Notes: generated by a model not told the origin, from the sequence alone. Numbered from the stretch's first letter, positions 7,796 through 18,450 are shown. The stretch: DNA of 64,000 bases from an uncultured Candidatus Saccharibacteria bacterium (GCA_964434195.1 CAYSUI010000002.1:2562-66561), one strand, 5' to 3'. Program-made: numbers and translations.

Positions 7796-10546
7796 ATGTC
7801 TTTTTTATCGCGTATATTTTCATTTGAAAAAAATCCATTAGTAACTCATGCTTCAGAGTTAAGAAAAATTAATGGTTTTAGAGAAGAAATTGAAGCACTT
7901 TCGGATGAACAAATTAAGTCAGAAATTCTAAATTATAAAAAAGAATTATCTGAAATTAATGATACTCAGGAAATTTTTAAAAAATTAGCAGAAATCAGAC
8001 CAAGGGTTTTTGCTTTAACAAGAGTAGCTTCTAAGAGAACTATTGGTCAGTTTCATTACGATGTCCAGTTAGGTGGAGGCATTACTCTAACTACTGGGGC
8101 TATAGCCGAAATGAAAACGGGTGAAGGAAAGACACTTACAGCAACACTGCCACTAGTCCTTTTCGCATTGGCAGGTAAGGGTGCGCATTTGGTCACAGTG
8201 AATGACTATCTCGCTCGTTGGCAAGCAAGCCTTATGGGCCCAATATTTAATTTCCTAGGTTTAAGCGTAGCCTCTATTCAGCATGAACAGTCATTTTTAT
8301 ACGACCCAACTTACCAACCAGAAGCAGAAGAAATAGAAAAATTGGAAAGTGGAACCCAGGGTCTAGTGATGGATGTAAAGCATATGCGTCCCATAACCAG
8401 ACGCCAAGCATACGGATCAGATATTACCTACGGTACTAACAATGAGTTCGGTTTCGACTACCTTAGAGACAACATGGTCCAGACTAAACAACAGCTCGTA
8501 CAAAGAGACTTGTTTTTTGCTATTGTTGACGAAGTTGACTCTATTTTAATAGACGAAGCTAGAACCCCGCTTATTATATCTGCGCCAGACACAGAGCCAA
8601 CCAGTAAGTACGTGGAGTTTGCCCGTATAGTCGAAAGGCTCCAGGAAAATGAAGACTATAACATAGACGAGAAGCATAAAGCCGCAACTCTCACTGACGA
8701 CGGGGTCACAAAAATAGAAGGTATTCTTAATGTTCCTAACATTTATGATACTTCTAAAGGTGTGACTACTTTGCACCACATCGAACAAGCTCTAAGAGCA
8801 AAGACTCTCTACAAAATAGACAGAGACTACGTTATTAGAGACGGGGAAGTGGTAATAGTTGATGAATTTACAGGTAGATTAATGTTTGGAAGAAGGTATT
8901 CCGAAGGTCTTCATCAGGCAATAGAGGCTAAAGAAGGGGTAAAAATTCAACAGGAAAGTAAGACCCTCGCGACCATTACTTTCCAAAATCTTTTCAGGTT
9001 ATATAGCAGACTCGCTGGTATGACTGGAACCGCTAAAACAGAAGAAGAAGAATTCTTTAAAATCTATCAGCTCGGAGTTGTTCCTATACCTACCAATAAA
9101 CCAATGGTAAGGAATGATCAGTCAGATATTATCTACAAAACTGAAGACGCAAAATTTAAAGCAATTGCTAAGGAAATAAAAGAAAGACATAAAAAAGGTC
9201 AACCTGTGCTTATTGGTACTGTTAGCATAGCTAAAAACGAAAAACTTACTGAATATTTAAGGCAAGAAGGCGTGCCCTTCGAAATACTCAACGCTAAAAA
9301 CCACGAAAGGGAAGCGCAAATAATTTCCCAAGCAGGACGCCTGGGTGCAGTAACTCTTGCAACTAACATTGCTGGTAGAGGTGTTGACATTTTACTCGGT
9401 GGAAATCCTATAGACCCCAAAGAAGCAGAAGAGGTAAGAGCAGTTGGTGGATTACATGTTTTAGGTACCGAAAGACACGAATCAAGACGTATAGATAACC
9501 AACTTAGAGGTAGAGCAGGTAGGCAAGGTGACCCCGGAAGCTCGCAGTTCTTTGTTAGCATGGAAGACGACCTGCTAAGGCTTTTTGGAGGTGAACGAAT
9601 GAAAGGTATGATGAATACCTTAGGCATAAAAGACGACGAACCTATAGAAGCTAGTCTCGTAAGTAGGTCAATTGAACAAGCCCAGAAAAAAATAGAAGGT
9701 CTGAATTTCGACACCAGAAAGCACGTACTAGAATTCGACGACGTGCTTAATCGCCAAAGAAACATCATTTACAAGCGAAGACGAAAATACCTTAGTGATG
9801 CAGTAGGGGAAGACCAAGAAAACGCACAGGCAGAGCTAGATTCTTCGGCAGAAATAAAAAATGAAATACTAGAGTTAATTAACAAGGAAATTTCCGAAAT
9901 CGTTACCTTTAGCGGTGCTAGTTATGAAAAAACCGAGGAATTCCTAAATGAAATTTATCAAAAAACCTCTACGCTTTTACCTGTCTCAGAAGCAGTAAAA
10001 CAAAGAATACAGCAAGCTTCACAAAACGCCGCAGACAGAGAGTTTGCAATTACTGACGAGCTAACAAAAGCCGCAACAGATGTTTTCGAACAGAAGGAAA
10101 AAGAAATTGGCGAAGAATTATACCTTCGTATATGTCGGTACGTTATCTTGCAGGCCATAGACACTCTCTGGATGGAACATCTAGACACTATGGACCACCT
10201 AAGAGACTCTGTGCGCTTACGTGGTTACGGTCAAAGAGACCCGCTTGTCGAGTACAAACGCGAAGGTTTCAAGTTGTTTGAAAGAATGATAGCAGAAGTA
10301 AACAAACAGGTAGTGTATTCGGTTCTTAAAGTAACTGTTCAAGCAGAAAAACAGCAAGAACAACCAACAATTAGAGCAACAAACCTAGTCACAAACCTTT
10401 CCGATGGTAGCCAAAATTCCACGCCCCACAATTCAGAAAAAGAACCCGGCAGAAACGACCCCTGCCCTTGTGGCTCAGGAAGAAAATATAAAAAGTGTGG
10501 GTTGTTAAATACCTCAGAACATATAAAATTGTCTAACAAAAAATAA
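7796..10546 (+). CDS. secA: preprotein translocase ATPase SecA
   Basis: 916 aa. DEAD-like motor motifs (MKTGEGKT, DEVDSILIDEARTPLIIS), a preprotein cross-linking domain, and the C-terminal zinc-binding CPCGSGRKYKKC tail. Confidence 0.95.
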   Translation: MSFLSRIFSFEKNPLVTHASELRKINGFREEIEALSDEQIKSEILNYKKELSEINDTQEIFKKLAEIRPRVFALTRVASKRTIGQFHYDVQLGGGITLTTGAIAEMKTGEGKTLTATLPLVLFALAGKGAHLVTVNDYLARWQASLMGPIFNFLGLSVASIQHEQSFLYDPTYQPEAEEIEKLESGTQGLVMDVKHMRPITRRQAYGSDITYGTNNEFGFDYLRDNMVQTKQQLVQRDLFFAIVDEVDSILIDEARTPLIISAPDTEPTSKYVEFARIVERLQENEDYNIDEKHKAATLTDDGVTKIEGILNVPNIYDTSKGVTTLHHIEQALRAKTLYKIDRDYVIRDGEVVIVDEFTGRLMFGRRYSEGLHQAIEAKEGVKIQQESKTLATITFQNLFRLYSRLAGMTGTAKTEEEEFFKIYQLGVVPIPTNKPMVRNDQSDIIYKTEDAKFKAIAKEIKERHKKGQPVLIGTVSIAKNEKLTEYLRQEGVPFEILNAKNHEREAQIISQAGRLGAVTLATNIAGRGVDILLGGNPIDPKEAEEVRAVGGLHVLGTERHESRRIDNQLRGRAGRQGDPGSSQFFVSMEDDLLRLFGGERMKGMMNTLGIKDDEPIEASLVSRSIEQAQKKIEGLNFDTRKHVLEFDDVLNRQRNIIYKRRRKYLSDAVGEDQENAQAELDSSAEIKNEILELINKEISEIVTFSGASYEKTEEFLNEIYQKTSTLLPVSEAVKQRIQQASQNAADREFAITDELTKAATDVFEQKEKEIGEELYLRICRYVILQAIDTLWMEHLDTMDHLRDSVRLRGYGQRDPLVEYKREGFKLFERMIAEVNKQVVYSVLKVTVQAEKQQEQPTIRATNLVTNLSDGSQNSTPHNSEKEPGRNDPCPCGSGRKYKKCGLLNTSEHIKLSNKK

Positions 10547-10646
10547 AAAGACCCAAAATTCAAAGGGTCACGCTTGCTCGTTTTCATTGCTTGAGTTATT
10601 TGCTATAGAAGTGTAAAATATTCAAACAAATTAAATGAAAGAATAA

Positions 10647-10931
10647 ATGAAAGACTACCTTAAAAAAGAACCAACCCGTAGCGAAAGAGCCTTGTACGAA
10701 ATGGCAATGCACCTCCAGCACCTTGACCGAAGCCTTATTTCCAACTCAGCTCACGCAGTAGCTCTCGGAATGTTACTAGACATCAAACCTGAAAAAATCG
10801 CCGAAATCTTAGTAAACAGCAACGACAAAATTAAAGAATATGGCCAAGCCATAAACGCTGAAATCGAAAAACTAGAATCAGCAAAACGCGCCAAAACCCC
10901 AGAACCAGAGTCAGAACAAAAAAGCGAGTAA
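10647..10931 (+). CDS. hypothetical protein
   Basis: 94-aa ORF with its own intrinsic terminator immediately downstream. No recognisable domain. Confidence 0.35.
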   Translation: MKDYLKKEPTRSERALYEMAMHLQHLDRSLISNSAHAVALGMLLDIKPEKIAEILVNSNDKIKEYGQAINAEIEKLESAKRAKTPEPESEQKSE

Positions 10932-10946
10932 CCCTCGCTTTTTTTA
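10923..10946 (+). terminator. intrinsic terminator (AGCGAG-TAACC-CTCGCT + T7)
   Basis: 6-bp GC-containing stem followed by TTTTTTT. Overlaps the stop codon of the 94-aa ORF. Confidence 0.6.
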
Positions 10947-10969
10947 ATTCCACAGTCTAATATTAATTT

Positions 10970-11515
10970 ATGCTTAATATAGTAACAGGAAGCAAGAATA
11001 AATTTTTAGATTTAGAGGCAGCATTAACACCCATAGAAGTTACCCACACCGTAATGGAACTAGACGAAATTCAGTCCCTGGATGGCAAGATGGTTATAGA
11101 GCATAAACTCAGACAGGCTCTAGGAAAAAACCCAGTTGGTGAGTTCATAATCGACGACAGGTCTCTATCTATAGAGGGTTTAGGGGGTTTACCTGGAACC
11201 CTAGTAAAATGGTTTTTAGAGACCGTTGGGGTAGAGGGAATATACAATTTCACCAAAAGCTCTAATTCAAAAAAAGCCACAGCGAGGGCTTGGGTAGGTT
11301 ATTCAGACGGAAGGGGAGAGCTTCACTACTTTCTGGGAGAAGTCGAAGGGCAAATAGTTGAGCCAAGGGGGGAACTTGATTACGGTTGGGGTCCAATATT
11401 CTTACCAAACGGAAGCTCTAGAACTTTTGGCGAAATGGATAAAACAGAAAAAGCAAAATTTAGCCATTTTGGTAAGGCGCTTGAACAATTTAAAAATTAC
11501 TATTTAAATAAATGA
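10970..11515 (+). CDS. non-canonical purine NTP pyrophosphatase (RdgB/Ham1 ITPase family)
   Basis: N-terminal IVTGSKNKFLDLEAAL and C-terminal WVGYSDGRGE...GWGPIFLPNGSSRTFGEM...KAKFSHFGKA, matching the Ham1 signature (FGYDPIF...TFAEM...SHR). Confidence 0.7.
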   Translation: MLNIVTGSKNKFLDLEAALTPIEVTHTVMELDEIQSLDGKMVIEHKLRQALGKNPVGEFIIDDRSLSIEGLGGLPGTLVKWFLETVGVEGIYNFTKSSNSKKATARAWVGYSDGRGELHYFLGEVEGQIVEPRGELDYGWGPIFLPNGSSRTFGEMDKTEKAKFSHFGKALEQFKNYYLNK

Positions 11516-11946
11516 ACGACGAAATAGATAAAATAATAGATCGAGATTTTGGGGCGACCGCTTTATTGTTTGATACCCAAGGTCGTTTAATTCTTCAAAA
11601 AAGAGACAGTAAGTTGGGTGTTTATAGAGCAGGATTAATTGGTTTGTTCGGTGGTACTGGAGACCAGGGAGAAACTCCATTTGGCGCCATCCAAAGAGAA
11701 CTTTTTGAAGAACTAGAACTTCAGGGTACCAGAGGAGATATTAAGTTATTTAAGACTTACGAAGGTATTATTCATCCCGAATATCCGAGGCCAGAATTCG
11801 TTTTTATAATAACTGGTATTAATCCAGAGAAATTAATACTTCACGAAGGCGAAGCAATTATATATGCCATACCAGAAGAATTAGAAGCTCCGAAAATGTG
11901 TATGGGTTGTCATCAAGTCATTAAAGAATATTACGAAAAACACTAA
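11512..11946 (+). CDS. NUDIX hydrolase
   Basis: Nudix box GGTGDQGETPFGAIQRELFEELEL (GX5EX7REUXEEXGU). Confidence 0.7.
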   Translation: MNDEIDKIIDRDFGATALLFDTQGRLILQKRDSKLGVYRAGLIGLFGGTGDQGETPFGAIQRELFEELELQGTRGDIKLFKTYEGIIHPEYPRPEFVFIITGINPEKLILHEGEAIIYAIPEELEAPKMCMGCHQVIKEYYEKH

Positions 11947-14514
11947 ATGGAAAAAAATATAAAGAACAGCGTTAGACTAACAAAAAATGTAAGCCCCATT
12001 GCATATAAGATTATTTTAACACCCGATTTAGAAGGCTTTTTATATAAAGGCGAAGAAGTTATTAAAATAAAAGTTAGCAAAAAGACCAGTGAAATAGTTC
12101 TACATGCGCGGGAATTACTAATTGACCATACTAAAGTTTTTTTGTCACAAGGAAAGCTAAGGGTGGGTGTAAAGGAATTAGTTTGGAAAAAAGAAACCGA
12201 GACGGTCACTTTTATTCTGAATAATTCAATTGCACCCGGTACATATAATTTCTTTTTAGAATTCGAAGGAAAATTATCAGATTCCCTTCGCGGTTTTTAT
12301 CGTGCTAAGTACGAATACGAGGGTAAACAAAAATTTATTGCGACCACACAGTTCGAGGCAACGGATGCAAGGGCTGCTTTTCCGTGTTTCGATGAGCCAG
12401 CCAAAAAAGCTAAATTTGAAGTCTCTTTCGTCATTCCAAAACACCTTGAAGCTATCTCGAATACGGTACCAGTATCTGTCGAAGAGCATGCAGGAAATTA
12501 TAAAAAAATTAATTTCGCTTCCACTCCAATAATGTCTACCTACCTGCTTGCTTTCATAGTAGGGGAATTTGAATACCTAGAAGGTAAGACAAAAGATGGG
12601 ATACAAGTTAGGGTTTTTGTAACGCCAGGGAAAAAGCACCAAGCTAAATTCGCTTTAGACGTTTCCATAAGGACTCTAGAATTTTTTAATAAATTTTTCG
12701 GAATAAAATACCCTCTTAAAAATTTAGACATGATCGGTATTCCAGATTTTGCAGCTGGGGCTATGGAAAATTGGGGCGCAGTTACCTACAGGGAATCACA
12801 GCTCTTGGTAGATGAACTCCAATCATCGGCCAGCACAAAACAATGGACTGCTTTAACCATTGCCCACGAATTGGCTCATCAATGGTTTGGTAATTTAGTG
12901 ACCATGGAATGGTGGACCCATCTTTGGTTAAATGAAGGCTTCGCTTCTTACATCGAATATGTTGCTGTTGATCATCTTTTTCCTGAATGGGAAATTTGGA
13001 AACAATTCGTATATATAGACTTTAATACAGCTCTGGAATTAGATTGTTTAGACAACACACATCCGGTTGAGGTTGAGGTGCATCACCCAGACGAAATAGG
13101 AGAAATCTTCGATGCAATTAGTTACCACAAGGGAGCTAGTATTATTCGCATGCTTGCAGAATATCTCGGGGAAGATAACTTCAAAAAAGGCTTAAGTTAT
13201 TATCTAAAAAACCACGCTTATGGTAATGCCGAAACAGAGGATCTTTGGAGAGCATTTGAAAAAATAAGCAAGAAGCCTGTCCGCAATTTAATGAAAATCT
13301 GGACTTCAAAATCTGGTTACCCTTACCTGGATATAAAACAGTCAAAAAAAGGGTTTAGTTTTAAGCAAGGCAGATTTCTCAGTAATCCTAAATCACAAGC
13401 AAATTCCAAAGATAAAACTATATGGGGTATACCTCTGGAAGTCATTCATGCTCAAGGTAAAGCTAAACTACTTATAAACAAGAAATCTGGGGAAATTAAC
13501 CACGGAGATAGTAAAAATTGGATAAAATTAAATTCCTCAGAAACTACTCCTGTCAGAGTAAATTATTCACCAGAAATTTTAGAATTACTAATTCCTCAAA
13601 TCGAAACAAATAAATTAAACGCTATAGATAGGTTAGGGTTAATAAGAGATCGTTTCGCTTTTGCGGAAAACGGCAGGTCAACTACAGTGGAAGCTCTCAA
13701 ATTAGCTAAAGCTTATAAAAACGACCGTGACTACAACGTCTGGGCAGAACTTAGTACTAGACTCTCTGAGTTGAATTCATTATTTCATGACGAAAAATTT
13801 TATCCAGCTTTAGATAATTTTATAGGTGAATTATATATACCACTAGTTGAACACTTGGGTTTCTCTCCCCAAAAAAATGAACCGCATATAACAAGCATGT
13901 TCAGGTCACTCGCCCTATCACAAGCAGGAATTCATAAAAATGAATCTGTTATAAATTGGGCGAAAAAACAGTTTAAGCAAATTAACACCATACACCCGGA
14001 CCTAAGAGGTGTGGTCTATGGGCTCGCTGTAAAATATGGAGGTGAGCAGGAGTTTAATAAGTTACTAAATCGTTATAAGCAAGAACAAATGGCAGAGGAA
14101 AGGAATAGACTAGCTAGGGGTTTGGGTCAAGCTCAGAACAAGGCTCTGGTTTCTAAGCTACTCGAATTTAGTCTTTCCAAAAAAGTAAAACTCCAAGACG
14201 CACCAAGTTTAATTTCATCTACTTGGTCAAATCATAGCTCATGGGAACTAGTCTTTGCTTTTATAAAAAATAATTGGCAGTACTTATCAAAAACTTATGG
14301 CGATGGGGGACATACATTATCCAGAATCATAATGCCAGCGAAAGTGCTTCATTCTAATAAGCACTTGCAAGATTTCAAGAAATTCTTCGCAAAAAACGAA
14401 GCACCCGGTGCAAAACGTGCTGTGCTTCAAGTTTCAGAGCAAATAGAAAGTAATATTCTCTGGTTAGAAAGAGATAAAAATTCAGTTAAGAATTTTTTAT
14501 CCTCTAGAGTTTAA
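11947..14514 (+). CDS. pepN: aminopeptidase N (M1 family zinc metallopeptidase)
   Basis: GAMEN exopeptidase motif (AAGAMENWGA) and zinc site HELAHQWFGN...WLNEGFASY (HEXXH-X18-E). Confidence 0.9.
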   Translation: MEKNIKNSVRLTKNVSPIAYKIILTPDLEGFLYKGEEVIKIKVSKKTSEIVLHARELLIDHTKVFLSQGKLRVGVKELVWKKETETVTFILNNSIAPGTYNFFLEFEGKLSDSLRGFYRAKYEYEGKQKFIATTQFEATDARAAFPCFDEPAKKAKFEVSFVIPKHLEAISNTVPVSVEEHAGNYKKINFASTPIMSTYLLAFIVGEFEYLEGKTKDGIQVRVFVTPGKKHQAKFALDVSIRTLEFFNKFFGIKYPLKNLDMIGIPDFAAGAMENWGAVTYRESQLLVDELQSSASTKQWTALTIAHELAHQWFGNLVTMEWWTHLWLNEGFASYIEYVAVDHLFPEWEIWKQFVYIDFNTALELDCLDNTHPVEVEVHHPDEIGEIFDAISYHKGASIIRMLAEYLGEDNFKKGLSYYLKNHAYGNAETEDLWRAFEKISKKPVRNLMKIWTSKSGYPYLDIKQSKKGFSFKQGRFLSNPKSQANSKDKTIWGIPLEVIHAQGKAKLLINKKSGEINHGDSKNWIKLNSSETTPVRVNYSPEILELLIPQIETNKLNAIDRLGLIRDRFAFAENGRSTTVEALKLAKAYKNDRDYNVWAELSTRLSELNSLFHDEKFYPALDNFIGELYIPLVEHLGFSPQKNEPHITSMFRSLALSQAGIHKNESVINWAKKQFKQINTIHPDLRGVVYGLAVKYGGEQEFNKLLNRYKQEQMAEERNRLARGLGQAQNKALVSKLLEFSLSKKVKLQDAPSLISSTWSNHSSWELVFAFIKNNWQYLSKTYGDGGHTLSRIIMPAKVLHSNKHLQDFKKFFAKNEAPGAKRAVLQVSEQIESNILWLERDKNSVKNFLSSRV

Positions 14515-14538
14515 CCTGCGCCGTGTTAAAATATTTAC

Positions 14539-15135
14539 ATGCGTAAGTTATTAGTATTGTTTTTGCTTTTCATGCTTTTTCCGGTTCGAGCATTAGCACA
14601 AGTCAAGGTCGAATCACCCATAGACAGTGATTCGGATGGATTGTCTGATACTGAAGAATTGGATATATACCACACAGACCCTAATCATCCGGACACCGAC
14701 CAGGATGGTTTTCTGGATGGTAGCGAGGTTAAATATAATTTTGACCCAAATCAAAAAGCACCTGGTGATAGATTAGCAAAACGCATAGAAGTAGATCTAA
14801 AAAAACAAGAATTAACATATAGTTTAGGCCAATACAATATAAAAACTATTTTAGTATCGACTGGCACCCGTTCTACCCCTACACCTAAAGGAACATACAA
14901 AATAGGCCGAAAGTTGCCGGTCCATCTCTATAAAGGTTCTAACTATTATTTTCCAAATACTCGTTGGAATATGCATTTTGCTACAAGTAAGGGTGGAAAT
15001 TTGTACATTCACGGCGCATATTGGCATAATAATTTCGGAAAACCCATGTCACACGGTTGTGTAAATGTCTCTTATGCGGAAATGGAGCCGCTTTACAACT
15101 GGGCAGATCCGGGTACAGTCGTAACGATTAAATAA
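14539..15135 (+). CDS. secreted L,D-transpeptidase (YkuD fold) with N-terminal Asp-rich calcium-binding-like repeats
   Basis: Signal peptide; DSDSDGLSDTEELD...DPNHPDTDQDGFLDGSE repeats; catalytic region ...HGAYWHNNFGKPMSHGCVNVSYAEM with the conserved H...C of L,D-transpeptidases. Confidence 0.75.
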   Translation: MRKLLVLFLLFMLFPVRALAQVKVESPIDSDSDGLSDTEELDIYHTDPNHPDTDQDGFLDGSEVKYNFDPNQKAPGDRLAKRIEVDLKKQELTYSLGQYNIKTILVSTGTRSTPTPKGTYKIGRKLPVHLYKGSNYYFPNTRWNMHFATSKGGNLYIHGAYWHNNFGKPMSHGCVNVSYAEMEPLYNWADPGTVVTIK

Positions 15136-15143
15136 ACTAGACA

Positions 15144-15983
15144 ATGAAAGTAGTAATTACAGGCTCTAATGGTTATTTGGGGGCAAGGTTATTTGAATAT
15201 TTCAAAAAAAATTTGGAAGGACAAGTATATGGTACTTATCTTAGCGGTGGAAGTGGTGCTGAAACAGAACAATCAAATACATTTCTTTTAGACATAACTC
15301 AAAGAGAAAATGTCGAAAGAGTATTTGCAGCAATTAAGCCAGATGTCGTCATACATTCGGCAGCTATAGCACATGGTGACAGTTCTAACGACTCAAGTCT
15401 TCTGAGAGAAGTAAATATAAAAGGTACAGAAAACGTGGTTGAGGAAGCAAGGAAATACAACTCTAAAATCCTTTATGTATCAACTATTGGTGCTCTGACA
15501 AATAGTGAATATGGGAAAAGTAAATTGCAGGGTGAAAAGATTGTCCAAAACTCTTTTTTAGAATTCTGCATAGTTAGGCCAAGTTTAATTATTGGAATAA
15601 GTCCCAATCGGGACCCCGCCATTACTTTTAATAACATAATAGAAGGTATAAAAACCGATACCCCTGTTATTTTAGATAGTGAATGGAAATTCCAACCTTC
15701 CTGGATAGATCATGTGGCAGAAGTCATTTATGCATGGGTAACTGGTAAGTTTAGCGACCAAGGCCCAATTTATCCTCTGGTTCCAGAAGTAAAAAGTCGG
15801 TTTGAAGTAGCCCAGGATTTGCTTAGCCACTTCAATAAAACTGCTACAGCAATAGAGAATCCAAGATATGAAGAAAATGAGCTAATAGGACAAGAAAGCT
15901 TGGTAAGGAACAATTTACCTGTATATTCTTACCAAAACATAATAGATACCATAGTAAAGCAAGTTACCGAAATGAAAATCTAA
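15144..15983 (+). CDS. NAD(P)-dependent sugar epimerase/reductase (extended SDR; RmlD-like)
   Basis: Rossmann N-terminus MKVVITGSNGYLGARLF and a YxxxK-like SKLQGEK. Confidence 0.65.
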   Translation: MKVVITGSNGYLGARLFEYFKKNLEGQVYGTYLSGGSGAETEQSNTFLLDITQRENVERVFAAIKPDVVIHSAAIAHGDSSNDSSLLREVNIKGTENVVEEARKYNSKILYVSTIGALTNSEYGKSKLQGEKIVQNSFLEFCIVRPSLIIGISPNRDPAITFNNIIEGIKTDTPVILDSEWKFQPSWIDHVAEVIYAWVTGKFSDQGPIYPLVPEVKSRFEVAQDLLSHFNKTATAIENPRYEENELIGQESLVRNNLPVYSYQNIIDTIVKQVTEMKI

Positions 15984-16010
15984 AATAAATAGAAGATTAA
16001 ATTCTCTATC

Positions 16011-16039
16011 GTTGCCTCAAATTAATACTTTATATATAC
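16011..16039 (+). promoter_or_regulatory. candidate sigma70 promoter for secDF (TTGCCT-17-TATACT)
   Basis: -35/-10 hexamer pair with 17-nt spacing about 45 nt upstream of secD. Confidence 0.3.
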
Positions 16040-16081
16040 TATTTAAGAGTTTTTTAAATAAGAAAAATACATAATCAGAAT

Positions 16082-17551
16082 ATGAAAAAAAGACTGTATT
16101 TCGGGTTATTTTTTATTTTACTTCTCGCCGCAGCGAGTTTGTGGGTAGACCACCCGAAGGGTTCCAGGATAGACCTAAATAAAATAAAAATTCCTTATAA
16201 GCAGGAGTTTAAGACAAGGCTAGGGTTAGATCTTCAAGGTGGGTCTCACTTAGAATATAAAGCAGATTTAAATAGCATCAAAGAAGCGGATAGAAGAGAC
16301 GCAATGCAATCTATACGCGACGTTGTAGAGAGAAGAGTGAATAGCTTCGGCGTTGCCGAGCCAAATGTATCAGTCGAAGGCCAGGATAAATTAATAGTTG
16401 AACTTCCAGGAATTAAAAACATAGATGAAGCAATTAACCAAATTGGCCAGACCCCAACTTTGGAATTTAAGGTAGAAAACACACAGTTTCAAACAAGCAC
16501 AAATCCAGATGGCACAGTAAGCGTCAAAGGTGGTGATCCTTGGAATTCTACCGGATTATCGGGTAAGCAGTTAAAAAGAGCTACGGCTGATATACAACAA
16601 AGCAGGGGAATCGGTGGAGAAATTATTGTCCGTCTAGAATTTAATGACGAGGGAACAAAATTATTTTCTGAGCTAACCACACAAAATGTGGGAAAAAGAA
16701 TAGCAATATTTTTGGATGGGCAAATAATATCAGCACCAACTGTCCAGAACGCTATTACAGACGGCGTAGCAATAATTACTGGTAACTTTACAGCTAAGGA
16801 AGCTAAAGAGTTGGCTACAAGACTGAACAGCGGAGCTCTGCCTGTTCCTATTAAGCTTGTGTCTCAACAGAATGTCGGTGCTACTTTAGGAAAAGAATCT
16901 ATACAAAAATCAATTATCGCAGGTCTAATCGGCTTATTACTGATTGTAATATTCATGATTACAAATTATAGACTACCAGGTTTAATGGCGGTTTTTGCTC
17001 TTTTGGTATATACACTACTTTCTTTCGCAATATTTAAAATCGGAATTTCAATCACTGCCGTAATTTTAGTAGGGTTATTCTTCTTTATGAGTTTAACCGT
17101 AAGTGGTTGGTTTGGGGCTTTGGCATTAATAAGTTACATATTACTCATGGTGCTAAAAGGCCTCTCCCCGGTAACACTCACATTGGCAGGTATCGCAGGA
17201 TTTATACTCTCCATTGGTATGGCTGTAGATGCAAACATTCTTATCTTCGAAAGACTTAAAGAGGAGCTTAGAGCTGGTAAACAGGTGGGAAGAGCAGTTG
17301 AAGACGGATTCAGTAGAGCTTGGTTATCAATCAGAGACTCTAACATATCAAGTCTAATTACCACAATTATCTTGTACATGTTCGGTACACCAAGTATTAA
17401 AGGGTTCGCTGTTACTCTTGGTATAGGTATTATTATCTCAATGTTCACTGCAATCACAATCACCAGAACACTCCTAAAATTATTCTTATCTAGTAACTTA
17501 CTAAGTCATCCTATTCTTTTTGGTGTTAAAGCAGAAAGGACAGAAAAATAA
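16082..17551 (+). CDS. secD: protein translocase subunit SecD
   Basis: N-terminal TM helix, a large periplasmic domain, and six C-terminal TM helices with the SecD/SecF signature. Confidence 0.9.
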   Translation: MKKRLYFGLFFILLLAAASLWVDHPKGSRIDLNKIKIPYKQEFKTRLGLDLQGGSHLEYKADLNSIKEADRRDAMQSIRDVVERRVNSFGVAEPNVSVEGQDKLIVELPGIKNIDEAINQIGQTPTLEFKVENTQFQTSTNPDGTVSVKGGDPWNSTGLSGKQLKRATADIQQSRGIGGEIIVRLEFNDEGTKLFSELTTQNVGKRIAIFLDGQIISAPTVQNAITDGVAIITGNFTAKEAKELATRLNSGALPVPIKLVSQQNVGATLGKESIQKSIIAGLIGLLLIVIFMITNYRLPGLMAVFALLVYTLLSFAIFKIGISITAVILVGLFFFMSLTVSGWFGALALISYILLMVLKGLSPVTLTLAGIAGFILSIGMAVDANILIFERLKEELRAGKQVGRAVEDGFSRAWLSIRDSNISSLITTIILYMFGTPSIKGFAVTLGIGIIISMFTAITITRTLLKLFLSSNLLSHPILFGVKAERTEK

Positions 17552-18447
17552 TGAAAATTTTAAATTACTACAAATTTCTTTTCATTGCATCGGGAGCAAT
17601 ACTGATTTTCGGGGTAGTCTCAATGCTCACCTTTGGTTTTAAATTCGGTATAGATTTTAAAGGTGGTACTATTAACGAGATTAGATTTAATAAAAAAGTA
17701 GAATCAACCGCTATAAGACAAGTACTGAATGAACAAGGCCTAAAAAACTTTCAAGTACAATCCGCCGGTGAAAATGGGTTTATTATAAAAACCGAAAGTC
17801 TGGAAAAAGAAAAACACGATAAGATAACGGCTGAACTAAAAAAGAAAGTAGGCGAGTTCGAAGAAAAAAGATTCGAGTCTTTCGGGCCTATAGTTGGCCA
17901 AGAACTCAGGCAAAAAGCCCTATATCAGCTAATACTAGTCTCCTTAGGTATTGTTCTTTATATAGCTTATGCTTTTAGAAAAGTTCAGAAACCTTTAACA
18001 TCTTGGCAATTTGGTATCGCTGCTATAATTGCTCTGCTTCACGACCTTTTAGTGGTTATGGGTATTTTTTCTATATTAGGTCATTACCGTGGTGTAGAAA
18101 TAGACTCAATGTTTGTTACAGCGATGCTAACCGTTTTAGGTTTCTCAGTACATGACACTATAGTTGTTTTCGATAGAATTAGAGAAAATATGAAGGTCTA
18201 TGCTGGTGAAAAGATAGAATTTGTAGTAAATCATAGTATTACTCAGACCCTGGTAAGGTCATTAAATACCAGTTTAACTGTTCTTTTTGTCTTATTAGCC
18301 CTACTTCTTTTCGGTGGGGAGAGTATAAGGTACTTCGTTTTGGCCTTATTCATCGGGATAATCACTGGTACTTATTCTTCCATCTTTGTCGCAAGTCCAA
18401 TTTTGGTTCTTTGGCAAAACTATAAAAATAGCAAAAGAAGAAACTAG
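17551..18447 (+). CDS. secF: protein translocase subunit SecF
   Basis: SecF pattern: TM helix, GIDFKGGT periplasmic domain, and C-terminal TM bundle. Translationally coupled to secD. Confidence 0.9.
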   Translation: MKILNYYKFLFIASGAILIFGVVSMLTFGFKFGIDFKGGTINEIRFNKKVESTAIRQVLNEQGLKNFQVQSAGENGFIIKTESLEKEKHDKITAELKKKVGEFEEKRFESFGPIVGQELRQKALYQLILVSLGIVLYIAYAFRKVQKPLTSWQFGIAAIIALLHDLLVVMGIFSILGHYRGVEIDSMFVTAMLTVLGFSVHDTIVVFDRIRENMKVYAGEKIEFVVNHSITQTLVRSLNTSLTVLFVLLALLLFGGESIRYFVLALFIGIITGTYSSIFVASPILVLWQNYKNSKRRN

Positions 18448-18450
18448 TCC

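Noticed and set aside
8546-10188. Several antisense ORFs inside secA (8546-8788, 9199-9768, 9958-10188).
   Set aside because: They are entirely contained within the well-supported secA frame on the opposite strand. No independent signals were seen.
10547-10590. Hairpin GACCC-N10-GGGTC after secA considered as an intrinsic terminator.
   Set aside because: It has only a 5-bp stem with a 10-nt loop and no adjacent T-run. Too weak to call.
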